Assembly: GCA_028713045.1 (NCBI GenBank)
Contig: JAQTOY010000003.1
Location: 1-45,585, forward strand
Direction of reading: 5' to 3'
Source of the DNA: Candidatus Nanoarchaeia archaeon
Lineage (GTDB): Archaea > Nanobdellota > Nanobdellia > Pacearchaeales > GW2011-AR1
Length of the DNA: 45,585 nucleotides
Below are positions 26,000 through 32,387 of this stretch, one piece after another. Both the position numbers and the translations under genes were made by a program. The stretch's first letter is position 1; every line of letters begins with the position of its first letter. A model generated the notes under the pieces. That model was not told the origin of the DNA and ran no database searches. It saw nothing but the letters and a program-made list of their open reading frames with translations.

Positions 26000-27070
26000 C
26001 TATCTTGATTCTGAAGAGTATTCTGGATTAAAATGTTCCCTTAATTTTCCCAATCCTTCACTTTCCAATTGCCTAATTCTCTCTCTTGTTAAATTTAGCA
26101 TTTTTCCAACCTCTTTTAATGTTTTTGGATTGTTTCCATTAAGTCCAAGGCGATGTATGAGAACAACTCTTTCTCTCTCATCAACCCCTCCCGAATTCAA
26201 ATATTTCCATGCTAATTCGTAATCCATAGCTTTTTCTACTAATTCAGATGGAGATTCTGTTAATGTGTCTTCAATACATGAATCATAATCAGTATCTTCC
26301 TCAGAATCAAAAACACCTAATCTTTGGCGATTTCTTGTTCTTATTAAAGTCTTTACAGGATCCTCATACTTCTTTTTTCTTTTCTTTTTCTTTACTTTAT
26401 TTCCATAACGAGTGCTATATCTTTCTAGAAGTTCCTCATCTGTCGGTTCCCTTCCAAGTTCAATTTTTAGACATCCCTCAAGTTGATCTATTTCTTGGCT
26501 AATTTGATGTGCATAGCTAGGTAAATGCAAATCATCTCTTTCACTTTGCAATCCCCGGGTTATTGATTGTTTTATCCACCCACTCGCATAAGTTGTGAAT
26601 CTATATCCTCGCCTCCAATCAAATTTTTTTGCGGCAATCATCAATCCTATATTTCCATAACCTGTTAATTCTTCTATTTCTACTCCAGTTCTCTCGCTGT
26701 AACGTGTTGCAATCCTAACAACAAGAAGTAAAGCAGATTGGGATATTCCTTGTTTTGCTTCGATACATTCTTGAAGATTTTCTCTTCTATGCCCGGCAAG
26801 TTTTTCTCTTGCTTGGATTAATTCTTCACTTTCCTCTTTAGGCGATTCTTTTCCAGCTTTTTCAGCCTCGAGATTATTAATCTCTCTTAGTAATCTTCTT
26901 TCTATTGAGTGGTATTGTTCAACTATTTTACCAAATCTTTGATTTCTTTCATAGGTTTCAGCCTTAAAACAAGTTCTTTCAGTATAACTGCCGCTTGGTC
27001 CTGATGCAAAAGGTGTTTGGTTTACCTGAGCTAAATAAAGCCCAATATCAAAAGGATTTCTTTCAGCCAT
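26000..27070 (-). CDS. Bacterial-type sigma-70 family RNA polymerase sigma factor
   Basis: Region 2: 'LVVRIATRYSERTGVEIEELTGYGNIGLMIAAKKFDWRRGYRFTTYASGWIKQSITRGL'. Region 3: 'LGREPTDEELLERY'. Region 4.2: 'TLKEVGKMLNLTRERIRQLESEGLGKLR'. Start set at ATG 27070 ('MAERNPF') by the TATA spacing. Confidence 0.9.
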   Translation of the reverse strand: MAERNPFDIGLYLAQVNQTPFASGPSGSYTERTCFKAETYERNQRFGKIVEQYHSIERRLLREINNLEAEKAGKESPKEESEELIQAREKLAGHRRENLQECIEAKQGISQSALLLVVRIATRYSERTGVEIEELTGYGNIGLMIAAKKFDWRRGYRFTTYASGWIKQSITRGLQSERDDLHLPSYAHQISQEIDQLEGCLKIELGREPTDEELLERYSTRYGNKVKKKKRKKKYEDPVKTLIRTRNRQRLGVFDSEEDTDYDSCIEDTLTESPSELVEKAMDYELAWKYLNSGGVDERERVVLIHRLGLNGNNPKTLKEVGKMLNLTRERIRQLESEGLGKLREHFNPEYSSESR

Positions 27071-27091
27071 TAAAAAATTCATAAAGAAACC

Positions 27092-27099
27092 TTTATAAA
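27092..27099 (-). promoter_or_regulatory. TATA box TTTATAAA, 22 nt before the sigma-factor ATG 27070
   Basis: Exact octamer and exact spacing, as for the housekeeping genes. Confidence 0.6.
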
Positions 27100-27196
27100 T
27101 CTACTTTTTTTATTAAGTTTAACATCCAGAAAATTAACTTTGAGGATAATTTTCTGCCTGATTAAAAATCAAATTAAAATCATAAAAATTTTTAAC

Positions 27197-27793
27197 ATGT
27201 TCTATATAGTTGAAGTTCACGATTATGTAAGGGTTGAGCCAAGATTATTCGGCCTTAAAACTAGCGACGCTGTTGCAAAACAGCTGCAGGAAATTTATAC
27301 AAATTATCATGACAAAGAAATCGGAGAGGTTATAGGAATCATATCCATATTGGAAGTTGGGGATGGAGTGATAATTCCAGGGGATGGAGCTGCATATTAT
27401 AATTCCAAATTTAAATTGCTTGCATTCAAACCAGAAATGAATGAATTAGTTTATGGAATAATTGATGAAATAACTGATTTTGGAGCCTTTATCAATCTTG
27501 GGGTAATGAAAGGAATGATTCATATAAGCCAAACAATGGATGATTATGTAAGTTTTTCAACAACAAATACTCTTTTGGGAAAAGATTCAAAAAAAGTTTT
27601 GAAGAAAAAAGATGAATGTTTAGCTAGAATAGTTGCAGTATCTTATAAAGGAGATAATCCTAAAATAGGGCTTACAATGAGGCAGCCAGGATTGGGAAAA
27701 TTGGAATGGATAAAAGAAGAAAAGAAAAAAGCAAAGGCTGCTGCAAAAAAATCAATGAGAGCTGAAAAAGCTGAGAAAAAGGAGAAGAAATAG
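27197..27793 (+). CDS. rpoE: DNA-directed RNA polymerase subunit E' (Rpo7/Rpb7 homologue) with Lys/Ala-rich C-terminal tail
   Basis: 'MFYIVEVHDYVRVEPRLFG', S1-like 'GIIDEITDFGAFINLGVMKGMIHISQ', tail 'KEEKKKAKAAAKKSMRAEKAEKKEKK'. Confidence 0.85.
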   Translation: MFYIVEVHDYVRVEPRLFGLKTSDAVAKQLQEIYTNYHDKEIGEVIGIISILEVGDGVIIPGDGAAYYNSKFKLLAFKPEMNELVYGIIDEITDFGAFINLGVMKGMIHISQTMDDYVSFSTTNTLLGKDSKKVLKKKDECLARIVAVSYKGDNPKIGLTMRQPGLGKLEWIKEEKKKAKAAAKKSMRAEKAEKKEKK

Positions 27794-27794
27794 A

Positions 27795-27980
27795 ATGGCA
27801 AAAGAAAAAGCATGTAAAACATGCAAAATGATATATGAAGGGGAAAGCTGTCCTAGCTGTGGAAAGAAGGAAACTTCTGAAAGTTTTAAGGGAAAGATTG
27901 AAATTACAAATCCTGAAAAATCTGAATTAGCTCAAAAGTTGAAGATTAATAAGCAAGGGATTTATGCGATTAAGCTGTAA
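27795..27980 (+). CDS. spt4: Transcription elongation factor Spt4 / RNAP subunit E''
   Basis: Zn ribbon 'CKTCKMIYEGESCPSCG' and 'GIYAIKL'. Starts 1 nt after the rpoE' stop. Confidence 0.85.
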   Translation: MAKEKACKTCKMIYEGESCPSCGKKETSESFKGKIEITNPEKSELAQKLKINKQGIYAIKL

Positions 27981-28001
27981 ATTAAATCTAAAAAGAGGAA
28001 A

Positions 28002-28214
28002 ATGAAATCTAGAATGAAATCTGAAAGTTGCAAATCCGGACGCAAATGCGGTTGTGGCTGCGGAGGAGCTATCTATGGCTTAGGATTTATCGGAGCTGTA
28101 ATTTATTTCGTCTCAACTGCGCCCAGTTTCTGGATGGGAGTTCTAGGATTTTTAAAGGCTCTTGTCTGGCCAGCATTCCTGGTTTATGAACTGCTTAAAT
28201 TTTTAGGAGTTTAA
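28002..28214 (+). CDS. Small membrane protein with Cys-rich N-terminus
   Basis: 'CKSGRKCGCGCGG' followed by two TM helices 'AIYGLGFIGAVIYFV' and 'GFLKALVWPAFLVYELL'. Confidence 0.55.
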   Translation: MKSRMKSESCKSGRKCGCGCGGAIYGLGFIGAVIYFVSTAPSFWMGVLGFLKALVWPAFLVYELLKFLGV

Positions 28215-28292
28215 TTAAAAGTTTCTTGACACAAGGATTTTTAAACCTTCAATATTAATAGTTTTTATCAATTTATTGATAAATTACATAAG

Positions 28293-28652
28293 ATGGAAAT
28301 TAAAAAAAATACTAAAAATGAATTATTCAAAAGGTATGAAGTCTCTATTATTTTGGAATCTGATAAGAATCCAAGTTTTTCTGAAGTAAAGAAAAAGCTT
28401 TCAGAAAAATTTTCAAAACCTGAAGATTCTATTGACGTTTATAATATAAAGGGAAAATTCGGAAGAAACACTTTTTTGATAAAAGCTTATGTTTATGATT
28501 CAAAAGCGGATTTTGAAAAAGCTGTTCAGAAAACCAAAAAGCAAAGGGATGCTGAAAAAAAGGCTGCTGAAGAAGCTAAGAAAGCAGAGGAAGAGGCAAA
28601 GAAAGCTGCTGAAGAAGCTAAGAAAGCAGAAGCAGAAGTAAAGAGCGAATGA
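28293..28652 (+). CDS. rps24e: 30S ribosomal protein S24e with Ala/Glu/Lys-rich C-terminal extension
   Basis: 'NELFKRYEVSIILES...PSFSEVKKKLSEKF', 'IKGKFGRNTFLIKAYVYDS', tail 'AEKKAAEEAKKAEEEAKKAAEEAKKAEAEVKSE'. TATA-like 'TTTATCAA' is exactly 22 nt upstream. Confidence 0.85.
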   Translation: MEIKKNTKNELFKRYEVSIILESDKNPSFSEVKKKLSEKFSKPEDSIDVYNIKGKFGRNTFLIKAYVYDSKADFEKAVQKTKKQRDAEKKAAEEAKKAEEEAKKAAEEAKKAEAEVKSE

Positions 28653-28681
28653 TTAATAAACTAACGAAATAAATATTTAAC

Positions 28682-28882
28682 ATGGCAAAGGGAGAAAAGA
28701 AAGGAAAGAAACCACATAAGAACAAGCCTACTTCAAAGAAATACAAAATGTATAAAATTGAAGGAGATACTATCAAAAGAGAAAGAAACTGTCCTAGATG
28801 TGGTGCAGGAGTTTTTTTGATGAAGACCGATAATAGATTATATTGTGGAAGATGCCATTATACTGAGTTCTTGAAAAGATAA
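28682..28882 (+). CDS. rps27ae: 30S ribosomal protein S27ae
   Basis: 'CPRCGAGVFLMKTDNRLYCGRCHYTEF'. 'TTAATAAA' is exactly 22 nt upstream. Confidence 0.85.
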   Translation: MAKGEKKGKKPHKNKPTSKKYKMYKIEGDTIKRERNCPRCGAGVFLMKTDNRLYCGRCHYTEFLKR

Positions 28883-28897
28883 ATTTTTCTTATTAAT

Positions 28898-29071
28898 ATG
28901 AAATGCAAATGTGGACAGGATATAGAGATTAGAATGGGTTCAAAGCTGATTGCAAAAGGTTGCAGGATTTTAACAGCAATGACTGTTATTGTTACAGCTC
29001 AATGCGAGAAATGCGGAGCCATGTTCCAGGTTCCAATAAAAAACAATGGGGCCATAATAAAACAGGATTAA
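28898..29071 (+). CDS. Candidate 57-aa Cys-pair (zinc-ribbon-like) micro-protein
   Basis: 'MKCKCGQD...CEKCGAMFQVP'. Sits 15 nt after rps27ae, has no TATA of its own, and is below the ORF-track size cut-off. Confidence 0.35.
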   Translation: MKCKCGQDIEIRMGSKLIAKGCRILTAMTVIVTAQCEKCGAMFQVPIKNNGAIIKQD

Positions 29072-29255
29072 ATCTTTTATTAATGTTATGTAATTTATGA
29101 ATAGTAGTTAAGAGATTTTTATAAGTATCATTAATGATGTTGAGTTTAATGCGCTTTTAACTAACTTGCTAAAATACTACCTCCTTTATTCTACAATAGA
29201 TTATTGAAAAAATTCATGACTAAACCTATATAAACTTTAATTTCTTTAGTTAATA

Positions 29256-29663
29256 ATGAAAAGGGTGAATAAAAAGATTATTAAAAAAGAAGTTAAAAAG
29301 AAAAAAATAGGAAAATGGCTTTATTGGAGCCCTAGAATACTATCAATTTTATTCTTACTATTTTTGGCATTGTTTTCTTTGGATATTTTTGATGGATGCA
29401 ATGATTTTTTTACATGTTTATTAGGATTGTTTATGCATAATATTCCGGTGTTAATTTTAGCAGTACTTTTATGGATATCCTGGAAAAGAGAATTAATCGG
29501 AGCAATAGTCTTTGCTCTTGCAGGATTGCTGTATATTGCTCAATTATTATTTAATTCAGCTATGGATGGCTTTCAATGGTATTATTTAGTTTGGAGCCTT
29601 CAAATTGCAGGTCCTGCCTTTGTTGTTGCTTTTCTTTGGTATTTGAATTGGAAGAGAAAGTGA
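29256..29663 (+). CDS. Integral membrane protein (4 TM)
   Basis: TATATAAA (29227-29234) is exactly 22 nt upstream. Hydrophobic 135-aa ORF. Confidence 0.6.
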   Translation: MKRVNKKIIKKEVKKKKIGKWLYWSPRILSILFLLFLALFSLDIFDGCNDFFTCLLGLFMHNIPVLILAVLLWISWKRELIGAIVFALAGLLYIAQLLFNSAMDGFQWYYLVWSLQIAGPAFVVAFLWYLNWKRK

Positions 29664-29748
29664 ATATAAAATAAAGAACTATTCAAATCGTGCTAGATTT
29701 TAGACTGGAATTTTGAAATACTTCTTTTTTTCTTAATTAAGCATGAAA

Positions 29749-29865
29749 TTAATCGCCTCTAGCACCTCTCTTTTTTGCTCTCTTCCCTGAAGAATCAAAC
29801 TTAGTTGAATATGACTAACCTCCCTTTGATTTAGGGTCGGTGTCGATAATTATAAACCCTAGAAG
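29749..29865. repeat. 117-bp perfect direct repeat, copy A
   Basis: Manual alignment with 30355..30471 shows no mismatch, and the flanks differ immediately on both sides. Visibly more G/C-rich than its surroundings. Ends 2 nt from the stop of the orphan ORF. Confidence 0.9.
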
Positions 29866-29867
29866 GT

Positions 29868-30176
29868 TTAATCTTGTGGATTTAAGTGAATATCATATGA
29901 TTGTTTATGTGATTCTAAAACAACTAATCCTTCTGATGTACAAGAACTGAAATGTAAATATTGGCAGATGGTTCTAGTGGCCCTTGGACTTGCTTTTAAT
30001 CTTTTTATTCTTCCTTTTGAAGGAATTATGACAAGAGTGCCTATTTTATCTGTATGAAGATTTAATTCTGTAGTTTCTTCTAAATATAAATCAAAAGCAT
30101 CTAGTAAAATATCTAAAGAATCTCTCATAGCTAATTCATTTTCTCCAGAGCTTAAACTATAATTTACTTTAGGCAT
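29868..30176 (-). CDS. Orphan ~102-aa protein enclosed by the 117-bp repeats
   Basis: The ORF is open to TTG 30233. ATG 30176 is preferred because TTTATAAA at 30204-30211 lies 28 nt upstream; ATG 30203 directly abuts the TATA. No motif recognised. Confidence 0.45.
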   Translation of the reverse strand: MPKVNYSLSSGENELAMRDSLDILLDAFDLYLEETTELNLHTDKIGTLVIIPSKGRIKRLKASPRATRTICQYLHFSSCTSEGLVVLESHKQSYDIHLNPQD

Positions 30177-30354
30177 TTCTTTTTGATTATCTCTATATAT
30201 CATTTTATAAATCCTCGATGATTTTGAATTCAAAATTTAATCCTTTTTAAATCTTCTTATAAAAATTTTCAAAGAAGTTATAATAAAGTAGTGCCGTATT
30301 TTAGAACGGATTGCTGTTATCTTAACTCTTTGATTTCTTTAAAGAATATGATGT

Positions 30355-30471
30355 TTAATCGCCTCTAGCACCTCTCTTTTTTGCTCTCTTCCCTGAAGAA
30401 TCAAACTTAGTTGAATATGACTAACCTCCCTTTGATTTAGGGTCGGTGTCGATAATTATAAACCCTAGAAG
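30355..30471. repeat. 117-bp perfect direct repeat, copy B
   Basis: Identical to 29749..29865. Period 606 bp. Confidence 0.9.
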
Positions 30472-30595
30472 AATCGGTGTCATATAAAAATTATACGTCC
30501 TGACTCTTCTGGGGAAAAAGAGGTGATAATAATTCTAGAATTCCTATATATTTAAATCTTTCGGTTTTGTCGTAACTGGTAAATGACATCACTTT

Positions 30596-30616
30596 AAGCG
30601 CTCCTTTTTAGCGCTT
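30596..30616. other. GC-rich 7-bp hairpin AAGCGCT-(7 nt)-AGCGCTT in a non-coding stretch
   Basis: Perfect stem in an otherwise AT-rich 266-bp spacer, followed by a T-rich tract on the + strand. A TATA-like 'TATATATTTAAAT' lies about 40-50 nt upstream. Confidence 0.3.
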
Positions 30617-30708
30617 TCATTTATAGATTTTATTATAACGCAGCCTATTTAATATTATCTATTATTTTTTGTAGTAGAGAGTAGCAAAAATATAGGTTTT
30701 GTGATAGA

Positions 30709-30716
30709 TTTATAAG
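30709..30716 (+). promoter_or_regulatory. TATA box TTTATAAG, 22 nt before scpA ATG 30738
   Basis: Exact spacing. Confidence 0.55.
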
Positions 30717-30737
30717 TTCGTTAGGTTATTCTAAAAT

Positions 30738-31757
30738 ATGGATTTTAAGAAGTTTTTGCCGGAGAATAATGAGGTGGCAAGCTCATCTGATGAATCTGAT
30801 GAGAATTCAAAAAATGTTGAAAAATTGAACCTTAATCAATTTTATGATGTTATTTCAGGAAGGAATCCTGACTGGCAGGTTATGATATTTGAGCTGATTA
30901 ATTCAGAGCAACTTGACCCTTGGGATATAGATATTATTATATTAACTAAAAAATATTTTGAAAAATTAGAGGAAATGCAGGAGGCCGATTTTTATATTTC
31001 CAGCAAGATTTTACTAGCTGCAGCTCTTCTTTTAAGAATAAAATCTGAATTCCTTTTGAACAGATATATAAAAAGTATAGATGAGATACTTTTTGGCAAA
31101 AAGGAAGAGAATAAATATGTTCTTGAAAAAATTGAGATTAATGAAGATGAATTGCCGTTATTAATTCCTAAAACTCCTCTCTCGAGATTAAAAAAAGTAA
31201 CTTTGCCAGAATTATTGATGGCCTTGGACAAGGCGATTAATACAGAATCAAGAAGAATAAAAAAAGAAGTCGCAGTTGTGAGGGCAAAAAAACTTTCAGA
31301 AGTTGATTTTCCAACTTTTAAAAGAGTTGATTTAAAAGATAGGATTAAGCATTTTTATGCAAGAATTCTTACTTTCCTTAAGAAGAAAGCAACAGAGGAT
31401 GAACAAAATGTCAATAAAATCGGATATTCTAGCATGGTTGGAAAAGACAAGGAAGAGAAGATTTCCTGTTTTCTTCCGCTTCTTCATTTAAGTAACACTC
31501 AGAAATTATGGCTTGAGCAGGAAAAACATCTTGATGAGATTTATATCTATTTATATGAATATTTTCAAAAAAACCGTGGTAAATTTATGGATGAGCTTGA
31601 GAAAGACATAGAAGAGATGAAAGAAGAAATTGGATTAGAAACTTCAGAAAAACTGGAGAATCTGGATGAATCTGAGGAAATAAAAAAAGAATTAAAAAAA
31701 GAATCTGTTGACGAGAAAATTGACAATATCACGGGTTTTAAGAATGAGGCGTTTTGA
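30738..31757 (+). CDS. scpA: Segregation and condensation protein A (kleisin) homologue
   Basis: 'LDPWDIDIIILTKKYFEKLEEMQEADFYISSKILLAAALLLRIKSEFLL', with an acidic N- and C-terminus. Confidence 0.7.
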   Translation: MDFKKFLPENNEVASSSDESDENSKNVEKLNLNQFYDVISGRNPDWQVMIFELINSEQLDPWDIDIIILTKKYFEKLEEMQEADFYISSKILLAAALLLRIKSEFLLNRYIKSIDEILFGKKEENKYVLEKIEINEDELPLLIPKTPLSRLKKVTLPELLMALDKAINTESRRIKKEVAVVRAKKLSEVDFPTFKRVDLKDRIKHFYARILTFLKKKATEDEQNVNKIGYSSMVGKDKEEKISCFLPLLHLSNTQKLWLEQEKHLDEIYIYLYEYFQKNRGKFMDELEKDIEEMKEEIGLETSEKLENLDESEEIKKELKKESVDEKIDNITGFKNEAF

Positions 31758-31773
31758 TAATCCTATTTGATGT

Positions 31774-32307
31774 TTAAAATAAATTTTCTATTTCAATTGG
31801 TTGAGTATCCTCGAGTCTTGGATCTTGCCTTTTTTGTCCTATTGCTCTAATCTCAAATCCATAAACTCCCGCGAGAATTAATAAATCGTTTGGAAAAACA
31901 TATATTTCATCTCCACATTCTAGGGTCTGAATTCCATCTTGTTTGCAGCCCCTAAGATTTAATCCATATCGGATATAATCTCTAATATTTTGCGAATTTG
32001 GAAATGCTAAGTCTGTTCGAGTGTTTTTTCTAATGACATAAGTTGGAATATTTGTTCGATGAGTTATTCTCAAACTGCCATTTTGTTCTACTCTTAAAAA
32101 ATCCTGATATCTTGGAACTGCTCTTCCTAGCAAGGTTCTGTAATCTCTTTCATCATGCGCGTCCGGATCATAACCTTCCCAGATTCTGAATGTGCAATCT
32201 GGTGCTCTTCCAATAAGTCCTTTTATTCCAGGCACAAGGGCTATCCCCCTTTCAACTACCAAGTCCCAGAAATTTGCCGATGGATCTTTTCTTCCATGGT
32301 TATTCAT
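31774..32307 (-). CDS. Orphan 177-aa Arg-rich protein, weakly FHA-like
   Basis: 'LIGRAPDCTFRI', 'FLRVEQNGSLRITHRTNIPTYV' and 'LECGDEIYV' follow the order of FHA strands, but the Ser/His signature is not conserved. A TATA-like element lies about 23 nt upstream. Confidence 0.3.
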   Translation of the reverse strand: MNNHGRKDPSANFWDLVVERGIALVPGIKGLIGRAPDCTFRIWEGYDPDAHDERDYRTLLGRAVPRYQDFLRVEQNGSLRITHRTNIPTYVIRKNTRTDLAFPNSQNIRDYIRYGLNLRGCKQDGIQTLECGDEIYVFPNDLLILAGVYGFEIRAIGQKRQDPRLEDTQPIEIENLF

Positions 32308-32358
32308 TAATTTTTGTGAAATCTTCGGTTTTTATAATTAACTTTAGTAGAGAATATA

Positions 32359-32366
32359 TTTATAAG
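32359..32366 (+). promoter_or_regulatory. TATA box TTTATAAG, 22 nt before gltX ATG 32388
   Basis: Exact spacing. Confidence 0.55.
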
Positions 32367-32387
32367 AATGGGTTTTCTTAATTATTT

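Noticed and set aside
28002-28214. The Cys-rich small membrane protein between spt4 and rps24e as a metal- or redox-related novelty.
   Set aside because: The 'GLGFIGAVIYF...FWMGVLGFLKALVWPAFLVYELL' core looks like a widespread small hypothetical membrane-protein family. Nothing in the sequence supports a specific function.
29072-29255. 'AAGGAGGT' on the minus strand (complement of 'ACCTCCTT' near 29198-29205) as the ribosome-binding site of a hidden gene.
   Set aside because: No start codon lies within 5-12 nt and the downstream frame stops after a few codons.
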